DNA of 61,168 nucleotides from a virus (lineage: Duplodnaviria; Caudoviricetes), in IMG/VR virus record IMGVR_UViG_3300031658_000006, positions 1 through 61,168 of that record. The stretch is one strand, 5' to 3'. The stretch's first letter is position 1; each line of letters starts with the position of its first letter. Positions 45,955 to 55,297 of the stretch are shown here, piece by piece. The position numbers and the translations under genes are program-made. The notes under the pieces were generated by a model, which saw only the letters and a list, made by a program, of their open reading frames with translations, was not told the DNA's origin and did not search any database.

Positions 45955-46698
45955 CTATACAGCAGACTCAAGCATATTCAAGTGGTCCAGACCGTTGTCA
46001 CCCATAAGGTAAGCGCCAGCCGCTGTCATAGGGTCGTCACCAAATGGAACGGTAAGCATCTTCTTCTTATTGGTAGATGTATTAAACCAAATCTCCTGCT
46101 TGTTCTTACGGAATGTAAGAAGTCCTTTATCAAAGAACCCCTGTACAGAAGCGTTAAAGTTAAGCTCAGGGTCATTAACAGCCTGTAGAAAAGACTCAGC
46201 GTTATGACGGGCGAAGATGAGCATATCTCTACGTAGCTCAGATGTAGTTTGAGATGAAGGGTCCATACCAAATACCACACGAGCTACATTCTCAATCTGC
46301 TCGATAGACATTTCACGACATTGGATAAGGGCGTCTACCTCTAGGTTGACCGCCTCTAACTCTTTATGAGCATCGCGCTCATTATTAATTTCCTCAAATT
46401 TAATACCATTTAAAGGGTGGTACTGAAGGAACTCTTGTAGGACTGGATTCTGTCTAGGGACCGAAAGGAATCCATCCTCAAATACGATAGGTTCTAAAAC
46501 CACGTTGCCGTCCTGCTCATCCGCGAAGGGTGACTTCTGGTTACGGGCGTAGCGTAGAGTTTTATTAACTCCAGCGTCGTCATCCCAATATAGCAGCGGT
46601 GTACGGGAGTTACCTTGTGCAGGAATCATATACGCCAATGGCGCTTCTTCCTTAGTGAGTCGGTAGATTCTATCTACCAGGGGGGCTTTGCTTTTCAT
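45955..46698 (-). CDS. Conserved protein downstream of the major capsid gene
   Basis: LRYA.NQKSPF.DEQ...IVFEDG.L.V....LQ.FL..HP motif. Confidence 0.7.
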   Translation of the reverse strand: MKSKAPLVDRIYRLTKEEAPLAYMIPAQGNSRTPLLYWDDDAGVNKTLRYARNQKSPFADEQDGNVVLEPIVFEDGFLSVPRQNPVLQEFLQYHPLNGIKFEEINNERDAHKELEAVNLEVDALIQCREMSIEQIENVARVVFGMDPSSQTTSELRRDMLIFARHNAESFLQAVNDPELNFNASVQGFFDKGLLTFRKNKQEIWFNTSTNKKKMLTVPFGDDPMTAAGAYLMGDNGLDHLNMLESAV

Positions 46699-46729
46699 TA
46701 GATAAGATTTAAAGTTTAAAATAGAAGAA

Positions 46730-46749
46730 GGGGGGACCGTAGTCCCCCC
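46730..46749 (-). terminator. Palindrome-family hairpin after the major capsid gene (cUACGg loop on the transcribed strand)
   Basis: GGGGGGAC TACG GTCCCCCC then TTCTTCTATTTT on the minus strand. Confidence 0.75.
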
Positions 46750-46764
46750 TCATTCCTCAGTTTA

Positions 46765-48216
46765 TTATGCTTCGAACAAGAAGAAGTTATTCGCTCCCAA
46801 GGTGCAAACAGCACGCTCAGAGAGGAAGTTCACTTCCATTGCGTCGAGAGAGCTAGTAGCGGCGCCACCAGCAGAACCAGTAATCCAAGTCTTGTAACGA
46901 CGGTCTTCAGTTTCTGAAGCGCGGTACCGAACGTGAAGGAAAGGTCGCTTAGCGTTCTTACCTAGGATTTGGTCATATACAGATGTAGAGCCAGCAGGAA
47001 CCAACAAGCCGTTGATACGTCCTGAACCAGTTGCAGTAGGCAATCCACCACGCATAGTTGGGTCGTTCAAATACTTCCAGTCAGACTTGTAGAAGTCATA
47101 ACCACGACGGAATCCAGTGAATCCGAGGTTGAGGGCCATGTCCTTATCGTTGTCGAAGAGACCGTAAGAAGTACCACCTGCTCCGTAAGAGTTCTGAGCA
47201 GCCAACATATCGTCGATATCAAAGCTAAACTGACGGTCAACGAAGATTACATTTTCTTCGATAGCGCCTTGCTTATCCAATCGTGAGATGATAGTGTCAA
47301 AGTCCGCCAACGTAGTTGGGTTGCCTCCTCCGTATACATTACCTCGGTTGTTAACTACATAGAAGATACCTTCTGAACCAGCGCCAGTTGCAGCACCAGC
47401 ACCACCATTGCCCAACAAGGCATCAGCACCTCCGCCTTGTACAGCAGGTACAGCTTCAATCATAGCAGTCTCCAAGTAGTCGTCGAAACGAAGACGTGTC
47501 TCATGCTCTGACTTCATATACCATAGGTATCCGTTAGCTCCGTTCTCGGTTTGAATCTCAACCCACCCGATTTGAGCCATGTCAGAACCAGAGACAGCGT
47601 ACTTGTCCTTGATGATGATTGGCTTATTCTCGAAGAAGATATCGTCAGATTCTAAAGAACCCTCCATCCCATTGGTTCCTTTCTGAAACTCAGAGCCATA
47701 GATGAATACAGTAAACTTATCAGTCGCAGCAGTTACAACTGGCCCAACCGCCGTGTAATAGTTAGCTTTGAATGACTGAGCAGCTGTATCTACCTCGCTT
47801 ACAACGGCTTTAAATAAACCAGGTGCTCCAGTAGTACGAGAAATAATTACGGTCTGTCCATTACGGAGAGCCATAGCATTATTCGCGGTAAAAGGTGCTG
47901 GGTTAGCATTCGATGCAGGAATTGTGTACACGTTAGTAGTAGTCGCAGTGGTGCCTACTGCTGTTACTTCAGTATACTTTACGTGGAGACGCCCTTGTTC
48001 TGCCCACTTGATAAGGTCAGAGTTAGAAGGCATCTCGGCTCCTACCATACGTAAGAAGCCAGAGATTGTACGATTACCATATCGCTCGAATTCCTTCTCG
48101 TAAGTATCAGGGAGATACTGATTCAAGAAATCAAAGTTGGTAATGTAATTTGTTGCTGTGGGTACTTGCTGAGCGCTTGGCTGCAAGTTAAATCCTGGGT
48201 CTGTTTTAACTGCCAT
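46765..48216 (-). CDS. Major capsid protein
   Basis: Follows portal and scaffold; QYLPD.YEKE.ERYGNR, W.EQGRLH, N.PII.KD.Y.VSGSD, LGF.GFRR.YDFYK, SER..C.LGANNF. Confidence 0.88.
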   Translation of the reverse strand: MAVKTDPGFNLQPSAQQVPTATNYITNFDFLNQYLPDTYEKEFERYGNRTISGFLRMVGAEMPSNSDLIKWAEQGRLHVKYTEVTAVGTTATTTNVYTIPASNANPAPFTANNAMALRNGQTVIISRTTGAPGLFKAVVSEVDTAAQSFKANYYTAVGPVVTAATDKFTVFIYGSEFQKGTNGMEGSLESDDIFFENKPIIIKDKYAVSGSDMAQIGWVEIQTENGANGYLWYMKSEHETRLRFDDYLETAMIEAVPAVQGGGADALLGNGGAGAATGAGSEGIFYVVNNRGNVYGGGNPTTLADFDTIISRLDKQGAIEENVIFVDRQFSFDIDDMLAAQNSYGAGGTSYGLFDNDKDMALNLGFTGFRRGYDFYKSDWKYLNDPTMRGGLPTATGSGRINGLLVPAGSTSVYDQILGKNAKRPFLHVRYRASETEDRRYKTWITGSAGGAATSSLDAMEVNFLSERAVCTLGANNFFLFEA

Positions 48217-48233
48217 TTTTTCTTTTTAAATAA

Positions 48234-49301
48234 TTAAGAAGTGCGTTTTACACTTCGAACTTTCAAGCCTCGCCCCGAATCTGGGTTGATGGCTTTAACT
48301 TTGAATTCCCCGTTTGATACCGATTGAGGTGCGCTACGCTCAGACATATTGATATTCTTAGTCTTACGCATCACATCATCCACGGCTTCTGATTTGCCTT
48401 GCTCATAAAAGAACTTGGCAAACTTTTCTGGGTTCATCGCGACGGCCAAAGATTTGTGGTAACCCACAGCGTCATTAACGAGTCCCTTGTCATCCACGAA
48501 CTTGTTAATCCAAGCTTGCGGAGTGTCTTGCAACTTCCTTAACTCTGCCTTATCTCCAGGAGAAAATACATACGACTTGTCGTCTATAGCGAACTCAAAA
48601 CCTTTGAACTCGTTGCCGAAAACCTCATCGGATTTCTGACCAAACCACTCTGCCTTACGCGTCTGCTCCTCTTGAAAAGTCTTTGACTGTTCAACATAAT
48701 GCTTATAGCTCTGATACTCTTCGTTGTCTTCTAGAGAAAGACTCCCGCTTGACTCAAGGGGAATCTTGTATGCCTCCTTCTGTTCATTGAAGTGCTTCTT
48801 TGCCTTAGCAATAATTTTTTTCTTTGCGACCTTAGTCTTTTTGATAAAGGCTTCATCGTCTAACTCCTCGTCGTAATCATACTCCTGCATTACAGACTCG
48901 ATGTCCTCTTCATCTAACCCCTCCTCTGTAGCCATAAGGTATTCCTTTAGCATAGTGTTAGGGTCAACTGTATCTACGTCTCTGTTAAGCTTAACAAAGT
49001 CTTCGATACCACGACCTGTTTCTTTCTTGTACTTAAAGTACGCGGCTACATCCTCAGGTAACTCTTCCGATTGAGCACGCTCCTGGTTGAGCTCATCTAA
49101 CGAAGAGATATCTCGGCCATATCGCTTACCGATATAACTAAGGACATCCTCCTCTTTAAGTTCCTGCTCTACCACCGCTTCAGCCACTGGCTCATCAGGT
49201 GTTTCATTCAAACTTTCCTCGTGCTTTTCGAGAAGTGCTGACTCTACCTCCTGTATTGATTTAGGCTCTACGTCGTCTAACGCCCGTACTTTAATTTCCA
49301 T
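48234..49301 (-). CDS. Scaffolding protein
   Basis: Highly acidic; KKETGR..EDF..LN, FFYEQGK..A; between portal and MCP. Confidence 0.75.
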   Translation of the reverse strand: MEIKVRALDDVEPKSIQEVESALLEKHEESLNETPDEPVAEAVVEQELKEEDVLSYIGKRYGRDISSLDELNQERAQSEELPEDVAAYFKYKKETGRGIEDFVKLNRDVDTVDPNTMLKEYLMATEEGLDEEDIESVMQEYDYDEELDDEAFIKKTKVAKKKIIAKAKKHFNEQKEAYKIPLESSGSLSLEDNEEYQSYKHYVEQSKTFQEEQTRKAEWFGQKSDEVFGNEFKGFEFAIDDKSYVFSPGDKAELRKLQDTPQAWINKFVDDKGLVNDAVGYHKSLAVAMNPEKFAKFFYEQGKSEAVDDVMRKTKNINMSERSAPQSVSNGEFKVKAINPDSGRGLKVRSVKRTS

Positions 49302-49319
49302 TTGATTGAATTTAATTTT

Positions 49320-51755
49320 TTATCTCGGCTCGAATTCAGCTAGGTCAAACCCATCCAAGCTATCCTCGTTAGACTCAAAAGTCTGGGGAGGTAAGTTATT
49401 CTTGCGCTGGTTAATTAACCGTGACTGCTCTGTGTTCTGTTGACTGATACGGTCGGACTTCGCTTGCTCCTTGTCGTTCTCACGTGTCTGCATACCGTCT
49501 TCTACAATACCTTTCAGCTGCATCTGATAGTTGAACTCGGTCTCCATAAGCTGAGCTTTAAGCTGAGCTTCGTTATTCATCTTCTCAATATCAAACGCTA
49601 CCTCAGCCTGCTTAAGCTGCATCTTCCCTTGAATCTCTTGCTGGTTTTTCTGCATAGCCATCTGGCCTGCCATTTCCTGGGACTTGAGTTGCTGCTGCGC
49701 TTGCATAGCTTGTTGCTGCATCTTCATCTTCTCTTCTCGTTCCTGCTTAGCGACACGCTTCATCTTAAGAAGCTGGTTGGCCATCTTCAAGTTACGGAGC
49801 TCCCGTATATCAATAGCATCCTCTAAATTGATATCACTTTTAGACAGGGCCATCTGGATATTTTGCTCCAGCATAGCTTTCTGCTCTTCATCAGGAGCTA
49901 CTTCAATAAATATACCAAAGTCATATATGTATAGCTCCTTAATATCCTCTAGGATACTGACGTTATACTTACCAATCTGATTGACAAACTGCTCCTTAAA
50001 ATCTGCGTACTCTAATATATCAGATATACGATACGTCAACCCCTCCGCTAAAGACCTATAGATATAAAGGCCCGCGTCTAGGATATGTCGCGTAGCTGTA
50101 TTAGAGTTTAAAGCGGCTAACTTCTGCACGCCCACTAAAGAGTAGGGGTCAGGAGTGGAGCCGTCACGCGCTTCGTTAAGTCCCGTGACATCACGAATCA
50201 TCTGCATATAGTGATTCATATTCTGAATCAACATCTGAGCTTTGTTGGCGCCAGAGCTAGAGTTCAACTGGGTGATAGGAACCTTACCTTGGTTGTAATC
50301 TCCGTCCTGAGTATAGCTACGTCCTACAACACTACCCGTCTGGAAGTAAAGACGCAAAGCGTCCTCTGGGTTATAGGCGTTACCTGTACCTAGGTCTACT
50401 TCATTAAGTCCGTCGGCATCTATATACACGCCATCAGGAACGGTACGTGAGATAACCTGCTGCAACTTCAGGTGTGTAATCTGTATGAGGTCCGCAAAAG
50501 GAATCATACGACGAGTAAGAGACTCGATAACACCCTTATACATACGTGGTGCAACAGCTACATAGTTAGGAAGAGCGTGCTGACTAGCTGATTTAGGGCG
50601 TACCATATTCTCAGCTACCTCCCACTTAAGTAGGATGTTAGTGCCCATAACCATAACGCCATCATACCACACGTCAATAGTCTTCTCTATCTTCTCGAAG
50701 TTCCCTTCCTCCATCATATCGGTAGGGGGATTGAATTCATCGGTCTTCTCAATCATACGAGAGCCGTCATTCTCTAACAACTTCTTCTTATAGACAATCT
50801 TCTTAGTTGTCTTATAATTGAAGTACATCAAGGTTGTGCTATCTCGATAGAAAATATCGTTGTCATAGTACTGAGCTACGTTATAGTAATCGTACCAGCT
50901 CTGTCCGTGCTTAGATATCTCCTCTAAATCTTCGTTGGTAAGGGTGGGGTCAATCTTCAGTAGCTCTATAATAGGAACTGTTTTAATCTCACCCCAGTAA
51001 AAACAATCTTTAAAGTGAGGGTCCTCTGTATAGCTATATACAACATTGGCGGGGTCTACATAAGAGACCTTTACTCCAGACCCCTTTAGGAACTCATGCT
51101 TAGCCACGCTAAGACCCAGTACCATCTGGTCATAGTCGAACTGCTTACGTAAATCTCCGTAGTGGTTCTCGTCGAATATGGTGTTAATAGCTTCCTCCTC
51201 TGCAATCTCAATAGCTGGCTTAAACTTAAGCTGCATATACAGCTGTAACTCCTCATCAGTCTCAGGAAGTTCATCGGGGTCCATTGTAAATGGATTGACA
51301 CCTGTCTCCTGCTGGATAGTTTGAAGCATAGGCTTCGCGGCCATCTGCCCCTGTATCATATTCTGATACTTACTGCGTCGGGAAAGTGATAACGCGTCCT
51401 GAGCATAAGCGTTTATCTTAAATAGACGCTCAGACATACCATTAACTACGATATCAATAAACTTAGGCAGGATAGGGACGGGTGTCCAGTCAAGATTTAA
51501 ATATGACAGGTCGCCGTCAACGGCTAACTCGTTCTTATACTTAGCTACGGATTGCTCACCGCGTGCGTACAATCTTAGACGGTTGAAGTCCCGCCACTGG
51601 TTATAGAACCTACACTGATTACCGTCCTTCTTGAACCACTCATACTGAATGGCTTGACCGATTTGCAACCCAAATTCCTCTGTCGCTTTCTCAGCATCAG
51701 TAACGAATTGACTAGGGAAACCTGCCGCTGAAATATTTACTTTGACGTTCTTCAT
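49320..51755 (-). CDS. Portal protein
   Basis: RLYARGEQ...YK, SYLNLDW.PVPILPKF.DIVVNG, IRDVTGLNEARDG, Q-rich C-terminal barrel. Confidence 0.9.
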   Translation of the reverse strand: MKNVKVNISAAGFPSQFVTDAEKATEEFGLQIGQAIQYEWFKKDGNQCRFYNQWRDFNRLRLYARGEQSVAKYKNELAVDGDLSYLNLDWTPVPILPKFIDIVVNGMSERLFKINAYAQDALSLSRRSKYQNMIQGQMAAKPMLQTIQQETGVNPFTMDPDELPETDEELQLYMQLKFKPAIEIAEEEAINTIFDENHYGDLRKQFDYDQMVLGLSVAKHEFLKGSGVKVSYVDPANVVYSYTEDPHFKDCFYWGEIKTVPIIELLKIDPTLTNEDLEEISKHGQSWYDYYNVAQYYDNDIFYRDSTTLMYFNYKTTKKIVYKKKLLENDGSRMIEKTDEFNPPTDMMEEGNFEKIEKTIDVWYDGVMVMGTNILLKWEVAENMVRPKSASQHALPNYVAVAPRMYKGVIESLTRRMIPFADLIQITHLKLQQVISRTVPDGVYIDADGLNEVDLGTGNAYNPEDALRLYFQTGSVVGRSYTQDGDYNQGKVPITQLNSSSGANKAQMLIQNMNHYMQMIRDVTGLNEARDGSTPDPYSLVGVQKLAALNSNTATRHILDAGLYIYRSLAEGLTYRISDILEYADFKEQFVNQIGKYNVSILEDIKELYIYDFGIFIEVAPDEEQKAMLEQNIQMALSKSDINLEDAIDIRELRNLKMANQLLKMKRVAKQEREEKMKMQQQAMQAQQQLKSQEMAGQMAMQKNQQEIQGKMQLKQAEVAFDIEKMNNEAQLKAQLMETEFNYQMQLKGIVEDGMQTRENDKEQAKSDRISQQNTEQSRLINQRKNNLPPQTFESNEDSLDGFDLAEFEPR

Positions 51756-54034
51756 GTAATAAGCTCACTCGTATTCCCAGAGTTACGATACCTCGCGAAG
51801 TTAAGACTAATTTTTTTTTCTTTCTGCTCTGGCGTATATAGGTGTTTTTGATTAGCCATGATAGCCAAACCTGAACTTATAGTAGCGTCAAAAGCAGTAC
51901 GATTACTAATGTCAAACTTAGCCCAGTCTTCTAGCGTCCTTATGAACGGCATAGAACCCATATCATCAGGGTCCCTAAAGGTTCCCTCCATATCCAGCCC
52001 TATATGCTTCTCGATATATGACTCTATAGCAGCGGCGTGAGCCTGCTTTACATCCTCCGAGGAGTTCGGTATGCCACCTAGCTCGCGCTCTGTCTTAGAG
52101 AGTTTAGTATAGTGCTTGTCAGGGCGGTTCATACAGAACCCACGGTAACCCCTGTTCTTAAAGTGGTATAGCAGCCTAGGTTTATTGTTCTCTACAAGGA
52201 TAGGCATACCATAGAAAACACAAGCCATAAGGACCTCCTCGAAAAATATCTCAGCCGTTTGAGGACGCGCCACATACTCTAAGAAAAACTCATTAGTAGG
52301 CGCCTCATCCATATGAAACTTAGTCATACCGTGCAGCGCCCCGTTAGAACCGCCCCCACCCACAACGCCTGATATATCATACGAGTCACAACCAAAGGAA
52401 CCTAGGTGCTCGTTGCCCGCATACTTAACGCCGTGTTTCTCAATTACCCTATTCTGCATACCCTTCTGAGGTGTCCAACTTACGTTGAAGCGCCCACGTT
52501 TATCAGGGTAGAATACCACCTTACTGTCCTTTACCCCGTCCTTCCACCTAAAAGAACCTCTAGTTGTGTAGTGCTCCTTAACTAAAGAGTCCGAGTAGTC
52601 TAGCTGCTGGTATATTTTAGTCAGGTTGAACAGCGAAGATTTACTTTCGTCACGGAAAGCGTGAGACTCCGTCCTAGGGAACTGCCTATAGAATTCGTTA
52701 AGAGCATCGGGGTCATTCTTTAAAGAACTTACCTCAGCCTCCCAATAATCAATAGCTCCGTTCTTAATCTTCTGGTTGTCAACCCCTAATACAGGTTCCG
52801 ATGGCTTATGAAATACAGGGTGACCGAACCTATCGATGAATCCCTCCATGTTATACTCCATAGGAATAAACAAAGAGTACATACCGCTAAGGGTTTGGCC
52901 GTTAGCGTTACGTTTTTCTACGCTAGAGTCCTCGTATAACTTCTTAAAGTTAGAACCACCCTTGTTAAGAGCGTTAGAAGTGGACCCCATCATACACTTA
53001 CCTATAATTCGACTACCCAATCGAAGGCAGGTCTTCGTTACCCTCCAGTTATTGAGGATGTTATTGGGTTTAATCCATTTCCCGCTCTCGTCATGTACTA
53101 ACAGCAGCAATTTCTCCCCGTCATAGCTGTTATCATCTGTATTCTTCCAGTCGATGGTGGTATCGAGGCCGACTATATCGTCGGTTCCCACCTCGTGCAT
53201 ATTCTTCTTAGTAATCTTAGACGCAGGAACCCGAAAAGCTAGCTCCGTCTTCGGTTTATCCATACCATCCTGGATAGGCTTGAAGAAAAAGGGTAGGCGG
53301 TTAGCGATAGGAACCACCTTATCTGTGAACATCTTCTTAGCGTCACTACCAGTCTTAGAGAGCACCCCTACACGGGCGTCTTTTGCTAGCGTACCTGTAT
53401 TTACGCACTCCGAGGAGCCCATAAAGGAGAATCCAGAACGTCTAATCTTAAGGTACGAGATACCGAAGCAGCGGTCATCAGCTTTACAGGCTTCCCAGAA
53501 AATAAAGAAGATACGGTTGGCCTCTCTAAAATCAGGATATCCTATATCGATAGTCGTCCACTGGAGATACATATAGTGCGCCCCCGTGAGATAAGTAGAC
53601 ACTCCGTTATTTACAAACCAGTATCCCGCCTCACGCTTATCGAACTCAGACTCTATATAGTCCACCCAGGTATCTTTAAACACAGCGGTCATATCATTCC
53701 ACTGGAAGATAGACTGGATTTTAGATAGCGGCTTAGGTAGCGGCTCCCTTACCCAATACTCTTCGCTACGTTTAGCCTTATGCTTTACGTCTTCTGTATT
53801 TAAAGGCAGCGCGATATTTAACCCTGATATATTAATTACCTGGCCGACCTTACCCGTCTTGGATATGACCACCATATCATACTTCTCGTTGTACCCATAG
53901 ACCCATGTGCTCGCTTGGTTCTTTCGAGCCAACGCGTTTTTAGGTACATGGTCGTGAAGGACGCGATGTAATTTATTTGGACCGTCGTTCTGCAAATCCT
54001 TGCTTGGTGTCTTCTCGTCCTGATGTGGATGCAC
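51752..54034 (-). CDS. terL: Terminase large subunit (start uncertain, GTG or TTG)
   Basis: KIRRSGFS Walker A, LLVHDESGK Walker B, GSTSN, FGCDSYD nuclease, DATISSGLA. Confidence 0.92.
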   Translation of the reverse strand: MHPHQDEKTPSKDLQNDGPNKLHRVLHDHVPKNALARKNQASTWVYGYNEKYDMVVISKTGKVGQVINISGLNIALPLNTEDVKHKAKRSEEYWVREPLPKPLSKIQSIFQWNDMTAVFKDTWVDYIESEFDKREAGYWFVNNGVSTYLTGAHYMYLQWTTIDIGYPDFREANRIFFIFWEACKADDRCFGISYLKIRRSGFSFMGSSECVNTGTLAKDARVGVLSKTGSDAKKMFTDKVVPIANRLPFFFKPIQDGMDKPKTELAFRVPASKITKKNMHEVGTDDIVGLDTTIDWKNTDDNSYDGEKLLLLVHDESGKWIKPNNILNNWRVTKTCLRLGSRIIGKCMMGSTSNALNKGGSNFKKLYEDSSVEKRNANGQTLSGMYSLFIPMEYNMEGFIDRFGHPVFHKPSEPVLGVDNQKIKNGAIDYWEAEVSSLKNDPDALNEFYRQFPRTESHAFRDESKSSLFNLTKIYQQLDYSDSLVKEHYTTRGSFRWKDGVKDSKVVFYPDKRGRFNVSWTPQKGMQNRVIEKHGVKYAGNEHLGSFGCDSYDISGVVGGGGSNGALHGMTKFHMDEAPTNEFFLEYVARPQTAEIFFEEVLMACVFYGMPILVENNKPRLLYHFKNRGYRGFCMNRPDKHYTKLSKTERELGGIPNSSEDVKQAHAAAIESYIEKHIGLDMEGTFRDPDDMGSMPFIRTLEDWAKFDISNRTAFDATISSGLAIMANQKHLYTPEQKEKKISLNFARYRNSGNTSELIT

Positions 54035-54254
54035 CTAGGTCTAGCTGCTCCTGCTCAGAATCAATTTTATTTAATATCTCGAACGCATCGAAGATAGCTA
54101 GCTTCTTGGTAGCCGCCGCATTCTTTAACCTATCAGCTGCCAACTCGTCTTCCTCGTTAGGCTTTATAATATCCTCCTGGGCCACCTTGATGAGCTGCTC
54201 TACAGCTCGTCGTCCAGCGGCTATGATACGAACCTTTAGTTCTTTAGACTCCAT
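53973..54254 (-). CDS. Putative terminase small subunit
   Basis: Helical; ADRLKNAAATKKLAIFDAFEIL...GFAERRSK; directly upstream of terL. Confidence 0.55.
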   Translation of the reverse strand: MESKELKVRIIAAGRRAVEQLIKVAQEDIIKPNEEDELAADRLKNAAATKKLAIFDAFEILNKIDSEQEQLDLGASTSGREDTKQGFAERRSK

Positions 54255-54816
54255 CTAGTATGGTAGTTATCTGGTGGTCGTACATACGGTACATCTTCTC
54301 CCCGTCCACAGAGAACTCGTACTCACTGTCTGGTTTAAAGGTGACCTTGTCTCCCACCTTCACACCCATACTCGTTAGCGCTTCGTTAGGGTATCGCATA
54401 ATACCTGTTAGCGGCTCTTCCTTAAGTGGCTTCATAAGAATCCAATCCTCAGGAGCTACAGGCTGAACGAAGCAATACCTATCGTAGGCGTGCCACTCAC
54501 CGTCGTGACGGTACATATAGAACTGCTCAGTATCCACGAAGAAGAGGTCGTCACGGAAAAAACTCTTCCCGCTTTGCTGCCTACCCTTCATATCATTATA
54601 GAACTTGAATACGTTGTGGTGCACTAGGAGCGTGTCACCCACTTCTATAGGCCCTTCGTACCCTAAGGGTAGGGCAATAACCTCCGCCTCCCTTGTCGAG
54701 GACGTATGGTCCTCCTCAGAGGTGCTAGTTATAATATCCATACCCTCAATCTCTTTCGAGTTAGTGTATCGTTTCCCGTTAACGGGACGAGCAATAAAAG
54801 AAAATGGTGACCTCAC
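54244..54816 (-). CDS. Divergent tandem GroES-like co-chaperonin
   Basis: Two GroES-like halves: AEVIALP...IEVGDTLLVHHNVF and GVKVGDKVTF...EYEF.VDGEKMYRM. Confidence 0.6.
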   Translation of the reverse strand: MRSPFSFIARPVNGKRYTNSKEIEGMDIITSTSEEDHTSSTREAEVIALPLGYEGPIEVGDTLLVHHNVFKFYNDMKGRQQSGKSFFRDDLFFVDTEQFYMYRHDGEWHAYDRYCFVQPVAPEDWILMKPLKEEPLTGIMRYPNEALTSMGVKVGDKVTFKPDSEYEFSVDGEKMYRMYDHQITTILDGV

Positions 54817-55043
54817 TAGCTAAAATTGATGTCGTATTCAATCGATAAAGGCATAGTGCTTTTGAACTCCTTCCACAGATAAACTCGATTAGACTTCTGT
54901 ATCCATATCATAATGGACTCAGTGTCTTTATTGTACGAGATAAGATGAATGGTATATGCTCCACCTAATATCTCTTGACCTAACAGATAGTGCATAGCAC
55001 CTCCTTTATAGTCAGGGCCAACAGATATCTTTCGAATAATCAT
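54816..55043 (-). CDS. Conserved hypothetical phage protein
   Basis: IRKISVG.DYK..AMHY..GQ...WK.F...MP.SIEY.INF. Confidence 0.75.
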   Translation of the reverse strand: MIIRKISVGPDYKGGAMHYLLGQEILGGAYTIHLISYNKDTESIMIWIQKSNRVYLWKEFKSTMPLSIEYDINFS

Positions 55044-55045
55044 TA

Positions 55046-55282
55046 TTACTCAGCAACCTCCTTTTCGGTCACCTCGCCTGTTTCGATATTGATATTAGCG
55101 CTGGCTCCATATGTTTCTATAAGGGATTTCTCCATATCATAGTAACGCGCTTTAATCATCTGGATATTAGAAAGGATATCCTGTTGCTGCATTAGACATT
55201 CACCCAATGCAACTTTGTTTTGGTTAAGCTCGGTTAGCGCATCGCGCAATTCCTTCAACTCCTCGTCAGTTAACTTCTTCAT
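55046..55282 (-). CDS. Small coiled-coil protein (possible fibre chaperone)
   Basis: L..EEL..L...LG...L.E.YG..NIN.ETGE. Confidence 0.7.
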   Translation of the reverse strand: MKKLTDEELKELRDALTELNQNKVALGECLMQQQDILSNIQMIKARYYDMEKSLIETYGASANINIETGEVTEKEVAE

Positions 55283-55297
55283 TTAATTTAATTTAAT

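Noticed and set aside
53973-54034. Programmed TerS-TerL frameshift fusion
   Set aside because: The frames overlap and terL lacks an early ATG, but in-frame TTG/GTG starts exist and there is no clear slippery site.
24431-54823. Numerous short plus-strand ORFs opposite the structural genes (e.g. 30131..30562, 31571..31888, 53154..53576)
   Set aside because: Antisense shadows of well-supported genes, with no motifs or leaders.
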